Shown here: piece after piece, positions 28,439 through 42,125 of the stretch
How the letters are laid out: each line of letters starts with the position of its first letter
Numbering within the stretch: the first letter of the stretch is position 1
Source: Octopus vulgaris
Lineage: Eukaryota
DNA length: 64,000 nt
Assembly (NCBI GenBank): GCA_951406725.2
Contig: OX597822.1
Span: 80,166,001 to 80,230,000, forward strand
Direction of reading: 5' to 3'
Notes under the pieces: model-generated
Told to the model about the DNA's origin: nothing
Database searches by the model: none
The model's input: only the letters and a program-made list of their open reading frames with translations
Translations under genes and position numbers: made by a program

Positions 28439-29638
28439 TAATTGACGGAAGATAGAAGTTTCGACACATCTACAATAGATCCCTCACGGGTGGAGTACTT
28501 AACAGATGATTCAAGAGCATCAGACGATACAGACGTGTCTCTTCCGGTGATAAATAGATATAACTCGTTAAAATAACAGTTCCGCAATGTATCTTCTCAA
28601 TTCGTGCAAAGAAAAGCACCAAAGTAAGGGATATAACTTCATTTATACAGAAGATTAATAATAATATATTAGATGCAAAAAGGAAACGATCTCGCAACAC
28701 AGCGAGAAAAGTATTTAAAATAACCGTTAACGGATATGCATGTGTGTTAGTGTTTCTGTGTATGTGTGTTAGTGTTTGTGTATGTGTGTTTATAGTTATA
28801 AAGAATAAATAATAAAAATCCAGGCAGTCACCTCAGTATCTCTTCATACAGAACTTGGCTAGCAAAGTGTTCTCCCCTGTCTTTGCAGACATAGATTGGC
28901 AGCTCTCAGGACATACCATTCTTACCGAAGGTCCTCGTGCACTGAAATACTTTCAAAACGGTCTCATAGATTTACCGAGTCCATCATCGACAACATTTTG
29001 AAACCGCTAAATAAATTGCGGTGGCCTTATAGCTGTGAACTTGTTTCAGTCATTAGAAAGCGGTCATGCTGGAGCACCAACTCGAAGAAGTTTTAGTCTA
29101 ATGAATCAACTCTACTTTTTTTACTATGTTTTTACTTATTCTATCGGTTCCTTTTACCGACCCACTAAGTTATAGGATCATAAACAAAACAACACCGGTT
29201 CTCAAGCAGTGAGAGGGGACACGCAGAGACACAAAGACACATACACGCGCATTCATACATACACACACAAACATATACGACGGGATTCTTTCAGTTTCCA
29301 CCTACCAAATTCACTCACAAGGCCTTGGTCGCCTCGAGGCTACAGTGGAAGACACTTGCCTAAGGTGGCTGGAAAACAAAATCCTCGCCACGCAACCACT
29401 CCTGTGGCTATGAATGTTTTGTGCTTTTTCTTTGATACATTTATAACCTCTAGGGTCCGAGGGTTTCCATATTCTAACTGAATTGCATAAAAGATTTTTG
29501 ACATGAAACGCACGTTTTCTATATAATTTAATATATGATTCAGAATAGTAATTGTAGATATTAATTTTGATAAAAGTTAATCTTATATATCTCTATCAAT
29601 GTTGTTTGAGTTGCCTGAAGGTGGTTCTATCTCTTAAA

Positions 29639-29687
<49 letters not shown>

Positions 29688-29896
29688 GACAGGCGTCTGC
29701 CAGTTTCTGCCTACCAAATCCACTTACAAGATTTTGGTCGGCCCGAGGGTATAGTAGAAAAACACCTGACCAAGGTGCAACGCAGTGAGAGTGAAACCGG
29801 AACCATGTGGTTGGCAAGCAAGCTTCTTTCCACACAGCCAAACCTGCACCTCCATACAACCTCACATACACACATATGTTATGTGTATGTATGTAC

Positions 29897-29991
<95 letters not shown>

Positions 29992-30453
29992 CATACATAC
30001 ATACACACTTAGGCGCTCAGGCGTACATGCGTACATGCATAGATACAGACATACACACATACATACATACATGCATACATACATGTTTAGGATCCTGAAA
30101 CAAGGGGCTACAAAGCGAAAACTTCATGAAATGACGTCATATGGTCATACGAAAACTGTAGGAAAGTTACAACACTAAGAAAGGAAAACGTATATGAAGA
30201 ACAGAACAAATAATTAATTACAAAGAAATTATAAAGCATTGCGTAATTGTAACGAGCAATTGAGTAGCAACACTGGCTTTTATCCTCTGCAATTAGTTCA
30301 CGTAGCCTTGTCTTTTGCTTGCCTTTTTGTTATGAAAAGAGCTCTTTATTTGTAACATTAAACTATGTCAAACGAGATATAAATAATATACACAGACATG
30401 TATATGAATTTATGTATATAAATAATATACATAAACACGGACACAACTATTTT

Positions 30454-30536
<83 letters not shown>

Positions 30537-30649
30537 GTCTGTCTGTCTGTCTGTCTGTTTAACTGCCCGTCTGTCTGTCTGTTTAACTGCCTGTCTGTCT
30601 GTGTGTCTGTCTGTATGTATGTGTTGTATCTTTTCTCTTCCGATGGTAG

Positions 30650-30995
30650 TCCCTTGCCGTGGTGGAAGAGCATGTGCGTTCTAATGATTCCGAGAGCGAT
30701 GCGCCTGATGACTGTTCGGATCCTGTTCCCTCGGGGCAGATCCCTTACGCTGATCTTTGTGTACTCCCCTACCCGCACATCTGAAGGCAACGTCAAGGCT
30801 TTGTTCTGCAACCTGTGGGACCGCACCATCCAGACAATCCCCGCGCACGACAAACTCATCTTGTTGGGCGAATTTAAAGTCAGAGTCTGTGGAACGGCAT
30901 TCTTCGTCATCACAGCATAGGGAAATGCAATACCAATGGCCGGCTCCTCCTGGGCCTTTGCGCAGATCACGGTCTAAACACGGTATTGATGGCTA
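30650..30995 (+). mobile_element. RTE-clade APE endonuclease fragment
   Basis: [33 protein letters not shown], then [19 protein letters not shown]. Confidence 0.8.
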
Positions 30996-31745
30996 AATGC
31001 TACAATTTGATTAAATACTTAGAATTTACAATTTAAAATATGTTGGAGAAAACTTTTCAAATATAGATAAAAGGGAAGTATACAAAAATAAACTTTTTTT
31101 TTCCATCTTACTGTTAGTTTTGTTTCATTCTGGAAAATATAAAATAAAAATATTTTATGGTTTATAATTGTTTATATTTTGAATTACGTATATATGAGGG
31201 CACCAAAGTCTGTTAGGTGCTTAGGATCTCTATGAGTCTTAATCCAGCCCAGTATATATTAGAGCATTTCATATTATATCATGTAACTTACTGCTTTCTG
31301 CATGCCTGTTGTTTTACCTTTGGCAAAATATAAACAAGGAGAAAATATATTTATATACTCATAGTTGTGTATATACTTAATATAACGTATTAGATGAATA
31401 TGAATTTTTTTCCCAAGGTTTTAAGTTTCATGCTAAATAGAACGTGTAATTCAAGCTTCTAGCTTCTTAAATATTGAGTAGCTTACAAATACACACACAC
31501 ACACACACACAACCCCCCACACACACACACAATACATTACATTCAGAGTGAACACTATTGTCCGTTAAAAGGATTGGCGCTTAAATTATGATTTTATATT
31601 ATGTGTGTTCATTCCTTACATGTTTGTATTTTCCGCTCTACTTAAACTGTAAACAAAAGTACTGTACGATTACTCCATATCTATATTCCGTTTTGCTTAC
31701 AAATATCGAATCGCTATGTTGTCGAGAGTTCGTCAGTGACAAACT

Positions 31746-31840
<95 letters not shown>

Positions 31841-32557
31841 GACACGCTTCTTTCAGTTTCTGTCTACCATATCTACTCACAAGGCTTTGGACACCCCAAG
31901 GCTATATTAGAAGCGCTTGCCCAAGTTACCAAACAGTGCAACTGAACCCGGAACCATGTGGTTGGGAAGGAAGCTTCTTACCACACATCCATGCCTGTGC
32001 CTATATATTGACTTGCATATTTATTTTGAAAACACGAACGTAAATATGCTAATAGCTCTTTTGTTCGTCACAAGAACAACTCTTTTATAAAAATATTTTC
32101 CCAAATCACTCAGTTTATTAGCACAAGGGATTATGGGACACACGTTTTTCGAATGTGCTTCATCAGACAGAAGTAGCAAGACTACTGAATCTAACAAAGA
32201 TCCGACGGTCTATAATTTTCAGCGATCATATTGTTAGCTGATTCCTGCTCATATATGTCAACCGACAACCGACAACCGACAATAAATCTAGATGCGCATG
32301 GTGACCACCAGCGAGAATCGAAATAATCTCTTTCTCTTTTACTATTTTACTATTCCAGTCATTAGATTGCGGGAATGCTGGGGCACCATCTTGAAGTGTA
32401 TAGTAAAAGAAATCGACTCCAGTACTAATTCTGTCGGTGTCTTTTTGTCGGACTGCTAATTTATGGAGGCGTAAACAAACCAAGGACGGCTATCAAGCAG
32501 TGGTGGGACACACACACACAGGTATATACCTACACACATATGTATGAACACACACAA

Positions 32558-32621
<64 letters not shown>

Positions 32622-33049
32622 CTATATATACACACATATACATATATATACGTCGGACTTATTTCAGTTCCCGTCTACCAAATTCACTCAAAAGGCTTTG
32701 GTCTGTTTGACGCTAGAGTAGAAGACGCTTGCTCCAAAAGATAACCTATGGGACTGAACTTAGAACCATATGGTTGGGACGACAGCTTCTTGCCACATAG
32801 CCACGTCCGGCTGTGTACGTCACTGCTGAATAGCTTCTCCTCTTTGTGTCCATAACTTATTGTATTTCTAAATTGATATGCAATGCATTATAAACATTTA
32901 TAATAGAAATGTGTTTTATTTAAACGACGCTCCCCGTTTGTCATACGTGTGTTTTTGTTTTTCAGTTTGGTAGTCTGATGAAAAGATATTTGGTTGGCTC
33001 AATACAAAAGCATACAGTCAGCCAATCTTACTGGCTATACTGAAAATAC

Positions 33050-33920
33050 AAAAGTATCACTGGCAGTGAAAGATCCTGATGGGTGCAGAAAGATATGAAT
33101 GCAATATACATGTAGGCTGATGACAATAACATGCAGTTCAAAGCCCAGAAGTTTCAAGCAATCCTCTGCCGACACACAAACAGACTACAACCGGAATATA
33201 CAGGTCCAACGTGGAGTGTAATCCCATAGTCGGAATCGGTGCGTGACCTGAGAATTCACATGAATAATGATGCAATTTCCATGCGCAGATTACCAAGATG
33301 GCAATACTGTACAGGTGAGTAGCTGGATAGAGTTTGAGATCAATCAGAACCAGGAAAAAGATTACAATGTCACTCCTAAGGAGAACTTATGGTCCCAACC
33401 GCGGTCATTGCAAAGTGTCAAACTAGTGGCAGAACTTGAAGAAGTTCAGAGTCACTACACAAAGAAGGTTGAGTCGATGCAACAGAAGAGCCACAGGGAG
33501 AGGCTAAAAGAACTGAAACTCTATAAGAGAAGGCGTGACAGATATGCCATGATATACATATGGAGGCGTCAGGAATATCTAGCTCCCAACTTTGGAACTG
33601 AAAGCTATACCAACCACTAAACTGGACTACAGTGCAAAGTACCACAGACTCAGCACCAAAAGACCTTGGGCTCCAAGTGTCCACAAACTATTCAACATTC
33701 TGCCAATAACCTCAGGGATTTGTGAGGTGTAGCCGCGAAGGTACTCAAAGAGCGTCTGGACAAATCTTTAGCTGAGATACCGGATGACGTCATATCGTGG
33801 CAGGAGGCACAAAGAAGAGCAGCTCCGTCTAACTTGCAACTTCACCAGAAATGGTACCGAAATCTAGTCACATTGAATGGCTGTGCCTCAGCATCACCCT
33901 AGCCTCCGGCTGAAACCAGT
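33050..33920 (+). mobile_element. Older CR1-group LINE 3' fragment
   Basis: Homologous to the C-terminus of 2948-4117 (ELEEVQSHYTKK..ERLKELKLY..RRDRYAMIYIW..NFGTESYTN) with the same tail type. Confidence 0.85.
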
Positions 33921-34199
33921 TGCCGCTAAAACACACACACACACACACATACACATTATAACACTTCCTTTTGATATCTATATATATATATACACATACA
34001 TACTTACATACATACATACATCCAAGCGCAGACAGGTACATGAAAAAAAAAAACCTAAACTAAAACAAAATACTTGATAGGAGTTCATAACCGATGAGAT
34101 TGTTTGATAAACTGAAATTAATGATTATTGCCAGAGGATGAACGATTTTCTTTCTTTGAAGTCGTTTCACGCAATGATGAAAGAAAAATATCACATGTA

Positions 34200-34236
<37 letters not shown>

Positions 34237-34251
34237 AGTCATACACACACA

Positions 34252-34388
<137 letters not shown>

Positions 34389-34434
34389 GCGCGCGCACAC
34401 ACACACACACACAGAAACACACACACACACACAC

Positions 34435-34472
<38 letters not shown>

Positions 34473-34499
34473 GTTTCTATATTCTCATCACCAGACGTC

Positions 34500-34760
34500 A
34501 TCTCCTCTCAACCTGTTCAATATCAGGAATCTCCGTTAAGGACTTTTCCATGCCATTCTTACAAATCCACCATGTAAAAGTTTAGTCCAGTCCTGTATAT
34601 TATCAAACCATTCCATTCTAGATCTTCCTCTCGAGCATTTACCATTTATCTTTCCTTCTAGTAATAGTCTTTGTATAGCATCTGTTCTTACTATGAGACC
34701 AAAATACCTTAGCTTCCTTTTTTTTCTATAGTTGTAGCACTTCTTCAATACTCTTTATGT
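34500..34760 (-). mobile_element. RTE LINE 3' fragment
   Basis: RKLRYFGLIVR..LLLEGKINGKCSRGRSRMEWFDNIQDW. Confidence 0.8.
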
Positions 34761-34914
34761 TTTGTCCAAGATACCAAGGAAAGTCCAAAGTCTTCTTCAG
34801 GTTTTCACTGATGGTTCTTGACAAGTTATATCTTCATGTTGCATATTCCTTATTTTCATTTGTATCATATAAACGTTAACTATTTATTTTTTTCTTTCAT
34901 TTTACAGCTTTGAT

Positions 34915-35912
34915 AATGAGTGGCGAAGAAATATTAAAAAGTTGCAATTAGAACCGTTCTACGCCACCTGTAGTAAAAAGTACAGAATTCAAGAACAGCG
35001 GAAAAAGAAATTAATGATGTGGAACGCCCAGAAACTGTCAACGAACGTGTGGCACGAAACTGGTTCAGACGTTTGAAGGAAGGTGACACCGACTTGGAAG
35101 AAAAGCGAATGTCAAAGAGACCTTCTGTTGTGAAAGATGTGGCCTTACATGAAATATTTGAACAATCAAACACAAGCACTCGTACACTGCTGGCAGAACT
35201 TGGTCCTTCACAAAGAACGATCAATCCATAAATTTAGCCTTTTAAACAGACGCTGTCGAGAGGTTCCTCATGAAGTGACCAATGAATAGACTCAACGATG
35301 TGTGAATATTAGCAAACAACTTTAGACATATCCTCGAGATTCCCATTTTTGGTGACCGGGGTTGAAGAATGGATCGACTTTTGAAATCCTAATAAAAAAA
35401 ATTAGTGACTTCATTCCAGTTAGGATTCAGTACCTGTTGTAAAAGAAGGGTAGTTTGAAAAGAAGGTCACGTGTGTTTGTTGGAGTTTCGATCGGGTTGT
35501 TGCGTGTCTTAAATGATCATGCTGTGAATGATAATCTGTTTGCTCAAGAAGTGCAGCGCGTACATGATGCATTGAAAGCCTGCTACCCGGCATTACTCAA
35601 ATGAAAACGTGCACCCACTCCAGCAGGACAAAATCCCAGCACGCACTGCTAATGTGACCTTATGCAAACTTGAGGGGCGGGAAGTGCTACCTAACTCTGC
35701 CTTCATTTCAGATTTTACACCATCAAATTACAACCTTTCCCGAGCCATGGCTAATTTCCTGTACGGAGAAGTTCAACAATATGGATGATGTCGAAAACAG
35801 GTGGAGTGAGTTTATTGCCCCTAAACCAGTCAAATGTTATAAACAGGGAATTGATGTTCTGACACAAAGATGGCAACAGGCAATAGAATATAAAGAGATA
35901 TACCTTAAGTAA
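34915..35912 (+). pseudogene. Decayed mariner transposase
   Basis: HTH region NWFRRLKEGDTDLEE..RPS, VPHE, decayed VTGDEKW, HDNARPH and SPDLAPSDY motifs, C-terminal YKQGIDVLTQRWQQAIEYK; many stops. Confidence 0.88.
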
Positions 35913-36052
35913 AAGCTTGTCGTATGTAATATGTTTGAACTATTTATTAAAGCTTGATATAAAAAAAAAGTTTTTGAGTCAAATTAGAAAATTATTATTT
36001 GTAAATCTCACAACGAGAGATATTTATCAACAGTACTTTGGAGTAAAGTGTA

Positions 36053-36308
36053 TTTGCCAACATAACATGGCAGTCCTGGTTTATGACGAATGTTGCTGTA
36101 ATTTAGCCATAGGAGACATCTGGTTTTACGACACGATCTGTGTCCTTATATATATATATATTTTTTCAGATTCCCTTGTTCGAAAATATAAAGGCAATGT
36201 TCGAAAATATAAAGATCGCGTCGTATAGCCAGCTGGAGACGATGTCTCCTGGGGCTAAATTACAGTTACATTCGTCCTATACCAGGACTGCCATGTTATG
36301 TTGGCAAA
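36053..36308. repeat. Foldback element with ~90-bp imperfect inverted arms
   Basis: TTTGCCAACATAACATGGCAGTCCTGGT... versus ...ACCAGGACTGCCATGTTATGTTGGCAAA. Confidence 0.85.
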
Positions 36309-37789
36309 CAATCTTTACCGTTTTGAGTTAAGCTGGTATTTTTAACATTCTATATTTGTATCTATGTATGTATGTACGCATGCATGCATGTATATATGTA
36401 TATGAGTTATGTGTTAATTAAGCACATAATTCTTTCGTCCACTTCAGTATGTATTTACTGAGTGTGCTCTGTAACAAATCAGAAAGTAGTTGGGGCTATG
36501 ACCCATCGCCTATTTGAAATATATGCGGGGAAAAGTAGACGAGAAGGCAGTGTTGTTTCGTTTTCGGAAATATCGTTACTTAATATAAACAACTATCACT
36601 AATATATATACATATCTTTATTCTTGTTCAACTGAATTAGAAAACCAAAGTTAAAAAAACAAAACAAACGCAATATGTTGATTTCAAATTTTTGGCACAA
36701 GGCCAGTAATTTCTGGGTAAGAGGTTAGTCGATTACATCGACCCCAGCGTTCAACCTGTCCTTATTTTATCGACCCTGAAAGGGTGAAAGGCAAAGTTGA
36801 TCTCGGTGGAATTTGAACTGAGAACGAATGAAATGCCACGAAGCAGTTTTCCCGGATTGCTAACGTTTCTACTTTCTCACCGCCTGAAACTAACTCAATA
36901 TACTGCAAATAAAGAGTGTATATTTAATTACTTATTTATAATATGATATTAGAACATTTGGACTGCTTCAGTGTTTTAACATCTCATTAGAAGGTCGATA
37001 TATTTATATACCCGATTCCCATCATATTTATAGGCATGAAATTAAAAAGCAACATCAAAGGAAAATAATTCGTAAAACTAGTAGCTTGCAAAATCCATAC
37101 ATTAAAATAACTGTTTTTTTCTCCATTACTCTAGACAATGTAATCGTAGTAACCTGTGTAGCTTCAGATAATGATTATTATATAAATTAGAGTTTATACA
37201 CAGAGTAGCTAATATCTACATTTCAATAACTGTCATCTGCTATTAAAAGAGCTGTTTTGTTTCTTAGTAAACATTGACTCTCACACCACGTAATGCTTTC
37301 TCATCACGAAAAAATATTCCTAAATATTTCATCTTCAATAGCTAGTATGACTGATTTCCGTTTAAGTATAATCTATTTGCCTTCTTTCCATTTAATTCTC
37401 TCTCTTTTCATCCGTCAATCAAATTTGCTTTATCTCAACTCGCTTATTTGAACACTTTGAAAATGTAATAGACAATAGGTAGGTTTATGGATTTTGTCTG
37501 AATTTTAAAGTTTTTGATCAAACGTTACTTTTTAATGTGTTATTTCGCTTATGTTGTTTTGAATTCGATATATCTAAATCGATGTGACTTGCTTCTATAA
37601 ACACATCGATTTGCGATTAGTTGATAATGCATTAAAACGGTTCGTGTGGTGCGATCTATCTTGAACACACATACATACTCATATGTATGTATATGGAGTG
37701 GGTGGATGGGTGCGGAGAGGAGCAAATCGATTACATGAACCTTAATATTTGATTCGTACTTTATTTGACTGGTACTACTAAAAAGGGAC

Positions 37790-38924
37790 CTCAGAATTTA
37801 ATCATCTAAATGCATCATAAAGAGCAAAAGACAACCAAAATCTATGAAAAGTCTTCTAACACAAGCCCAAGTACGCTCGACAACAACACTGAAGCCATCA
37901 GTAAAAAAATGCGGAAGATCTAACTGTGGTATATGCGTCAACCTATTTGAGGGATCAAGGTTCTCTTTCAAACAGGGTCCACGTTTTACAGTGAATAACA
38001 ACTTTACATGTGTTTCAGAGAACCTAATATATGTATTAACTTGCTCTGGCTGTTGAGAGCAATACATAGGCCAAATCAAAAGTAGTTTACGTCAAAGGAC
38101 GGCTCTACATAGATCCCAGATCAAAATCCGGGAATACAGAAAAATAGCATTCAGCGAACACATCGACTTGAGAAATTTTCCCCTCTATAAATTAAAGGAC
38201 GATGCAACCTGTAGTCAGCACATTATCAAAGAGTCATATTTTAACACAAAATCTAAACCTTCTTTCAATGCATCCACCACTAATGAGACTATTATAAGGG
38301 CCTTAGAATAATACCCACACAAATATTAAAAACGTTATATTCAGAACAGTCACTAATCAGGAATTTATTCAGGACAATTCCAATCATTAGGATTACAACC
38401 ACAACATGTCACTTTTAGGTCACTTGACCATTTAAGAGGATTCTACCAACATCCTACTACTGTCATACCACTCCCGCCTTTTTATTATTCTATCTCTTCT
38501 TTTCCTACTCCCTCTTCTTCTTCTCGTTCTTCTTCTTCTTCTTCTTCTTCTTCTTCTTCTTCTTCTTCTTCTTCTTCTTCTTCTTCTCCTCCTTCTTCTT
38601 CTTTACCTCCTTTCTCAGCTACTACTACTGCTTAAACAATCAAAACTAAGAACTCATATCAAATATTAGGACTATACGACCTGCTACCAAGCCCTCACAA
38701 ATTAAAAAAGAAAAAGAGGCAGACAGAGAGAAAAAAGGAAAATGTCCATTGTATTTGACGTCTATGGAAATATTTTTAAAAAGCATTTAATTTAATTTTT
38801 CCACAATTTAATTGTTCTTCATGCTTGTAAAATAAGTTGAAAACGTCGCTAAGACTGAAACCGGTTCTAACATGTTCTTCATGATAAAATTATTTTAGCA
38901 TTTTCTACTTTGTCTTATTTTCCT

Positions 38925-38925
<1 letters not shown>
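37790..38925 (+). mobile_element. Penelope-like element 3' fragment (Cys-rich linker plus GIY-YIG endonuclease)
   Basis: KCGRSNCGIC..FTCVSENLIYVLTCSGC*EQYIGQ..LRQRTALHR; the 3' region has a decayed hammerhead-like GTC..GACTGAAACCGGTT and ends in (TA)n. Confidence 0.85.
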
Positions 38926-38962
<37 letters not shown>

Positions 38963-39076
38963 CATATGTGTGTGTATGGGTATATATATGTGTGTGTGTG
39001 TGTGTGTATCCTACAGGCGACCACAACATGCTAAAGAAAACTCAGTATATAGAACAAAATATCTAATTTAAAACGT

Positions 39077-39138
39077 GACACCTGATGAGATGCCGCCTTC
39101 GGGGCAGATGCAGGATGCATCGAAACGATCGTTGTGTT
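39077..39138 (+). ncRNA. Type-I hammerhead ribozyme, canonical core
   Basis: GACAC-CTGATGA-GATGC..GCATC-GAAAC-GATC-GTT-GTGTT; all three stems pair. Confidence 0.88.
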
Positions 39139-39306
39139 GAATAACAAAAATTTTATTAACTCCATTGTCTCTTTCGCTTATTCATTATATACATACGTAT
39201 ACATAGACAAACACACACACATATAAATAGACACACACCTACATACGTACATACATATGTTCATTATCTATTTATCTATTTATCTATCTCTGTATCTATC
39301 TGTCTG

Positions 39307-39380
<74 letters not shown>

Positions 39381-39507
39381 GATTTATCTATCTATCTATA
39401 TATATATATATAAATACGCGTACTTACATACAAACCTACAAAACATACATGCATACAAACACACACACACACACATACATACATACATACATACATACAT
39501 ACATACA

Positions 39508-39541
<34 letters not shown>

Positions 39542-39964
39542 CATTACGTATATAAATACAAATGGCGGTGCCCCAGCATGGCCACAGCTCAAGAGCTGAA
39601 ACTGGAAAACAACAACAAACATCTACAAACAGACACACGCACATACCTATGCCTACGAAGGTGTCTTTATGTCTGTGTTTATCATCGCTGCTAGATAGCT
39701 TGATTTATTTTCGTTGCTGTAATATAGTTGTTTTGCAAAAGGAAAAAAAAATAGAATAAGAACCAGATTAAAGAAAACAAAGCAACTCATAGCTATTAGT
39801 GGTGCGGATTTGATCGGCTAAAGAGCCTTCAGCCCGTGCCCAAGTATGTCCAATGTCCAGTGACTCTAATAAGGAAGAACAGGAGAATAACATGTATGAC
39901 GCTAAATTTGATTAATACTTGTGTTTGTATAAGTATAGTCCTTATATATATATATCTATATATA

Positions 39965-40437
39965 TGGTGGCTGCCCCCTCGTTATCGAGTATGGCCATTG
40001 CACTAAGCTTAATCAATGTTGTTATCGTGCAATGCCTGTGCAAGAAGAATTTTTTAAAGTGAGGAAAGGCTGTGCACTGAGTCAATCCCACTCACTAAGC
40101 AACAGCATCCATAATCCGAAAAGAAGAACAAGTCAACATTATCGGTAACCACTCAGCCGCAGGTTTTATGTCGGAGTTATCCCAATTACCTGAGTTACCT
40201 TCTCCTAGAAGGATGCCCTAACAAAGGCTGGGAGTCCTTCACTCCCAATGGTTTAACCGCGCGATCGGGTATTCAGTCCGATTATTTCTATGACATTTAT
40301 TGGATGGCCTTTGAATCTCAAGAGTTCCTTCGCCCTTGAACGGGTTTTGTTTTTCATCCCGCAGGGTATCCAATAAACACCCTCCTCACCAAGCAAGCTT
40401 GGTAGGATTGCCAGTTTAGTCGCCGATGACTCGACCA
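39965..40437 (-). mobile_element. Probable RTE-derived non-autonomous element in (TA)n
   Basis: Minus strand has an RTE-5'UTR-like GGGCATCCTTCTAGGAGAAGG motif; no ORF; flanked by (TA)n. Confidence 0.45.
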
Positions 40438-40904
40438 TATATATATATATATATTTCACCAGTATTCCTTGATTTGGTGTTTATGAATGTATTGAATAAC
40501 AGAGGGATATTCTAAGTATATTTCAGGACAGTATTTTTTGCGGATGGCATTGTAAATTGTTTTAGCAACAACATCGTGACGCACAGGGAGGGTCCGAGGT
40601 TATTGGTCATCTTTACTCTATATTGTAAATCCATGGACGTGTTACAGATACACCCGCTTTAACGGAGAGTGATATACAAGACAAGGAGTAAATAATGGTC
40701 ATTTCATATTTTCCAGGTTGTTCAAATTTTTTCAAATCTTAATGGGTCGATTGAGTAAATCTGTCAAAAACGAGCTTATGATGAATGGTGGAAATAGCAG
40801 TAAGTCGAATTTACTAGAATAAAAATGAATCGGTCATTATTCAAGCCTCGCGTTATGTGCGTGTCCGCCTGTCTCTTTGTCTCTCTGTTTGTCTGTCTGT
40901 CTGT

Positions 40905-42080
40905 GGAAAGGATGCGTCCCGATTGTCAGGCGATCCATTTGCAGTCAACACCTGTTAAAAGGAGGACTGGGCATGCTGTGGTTGATGATGCGCAGACACG
41001 CACTGAGACTGCGACATCTCAGGCTCTACGTAGACGACGGTAAACTGGTGTGGTCACCGTTTGTGAGGCACGCTTTCCCGCAATTCGTCTCCATGACCGA
41101 ACTGCAGTCGTGGATCAAAAAGAAGCCGAGAAAGGGCGAATGGTACCGTGAGTGTCGCGTTGCTCTCAAGCAACTATGCCGTTCCGGGTCGACCTTGAGT
41201 GACTTCAACACAACCCAAGCATTCTATAGGGGATTAGTGGAGGGGAGGTACGACGACGAGCTCGGGGCCGAACCTGGACGTGGACGAGGAATATCTCTAC
41301 ATCTGGACGTGGACGAGGATAAGCTCTACAGACACGGCTCGAGAAACACGGGGCCGACCTGCCCGATATGCGGTCAGAGCGATGAAACCGTTCTGCACGC
41401 ACTCGTGCAGTGTCCAACAATTTCAGACCTGTGAGCTTATGTCGAAAAACTGCTGTCACATGTGGGACGAGTCGGTTTATCAGCTGAGTCTATTGTAAAT
41501 ATTGTCACGCCTTCTTCCTTCAAACGGAAAGTAGGAGCTATTTTCATCATCCTTGTGGCTATGGCGAAAGAATGTATCTGGTGGACATGTCTGAAAGGAT
41601 TGGAGACAAACACTTTCCTCTCTGGTCAATCTCTCATCAACTTCTTCAAGTATCACTTGAAAAGGAAAGTGAGAGTAGAGTGGCAAGTTTTGTCTAGCGA
41701 ATGTTTTAAAAAAAGATGGGTGAATGTAGCAAGGATGGCACGTATGAATGACGAAGCCACCTTGTGCATAATCCTATGAACCCGGAAATCTAAAACAGAG
41801 GGTTACCCACTTGCAAACAAATGTGGTAACATGTAACAATATTGACCGAGGTAACCGTGGTCTTTTCCGTAGGCTTTTCTTCCCACGGATAAACTTTATC
41901 TGCTTCCCCCTTTACACCTTACATCATGAGGCTGTGATACACGATCCCTATTGATCGTTTTTTTTCTTTTGTTTCTTTTCCTTTTTTCTTTTTTTTTTTC
42001 TTTCTTTCACCAAAAAAGAAAAGCTCTACTTTGTAATCTGTCCCGTCTGTGTGCAGCCCTGTGTGGCTAATAAAGAAACA
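40905..42080 (+). mobile_element. Tx1/L1-like LINE 3' fragment
   Basis: KGGLGM, zinc knuckle CPICGQSDETVLHALVQCP, T-rich 3'UTR ending AATAAAGAAAC. Confidence 0.85.
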
Positions 42081-42094
42081 TATCTATATGTATG

Positions 42095-42125
<31 letters not shown>

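Noticed and set aside
28889-29001. Possible plus-strand terminal exon after a strong TTTGCAG acceptor
   Set aside because: Short, no recognisable homology and no partner exon identified.
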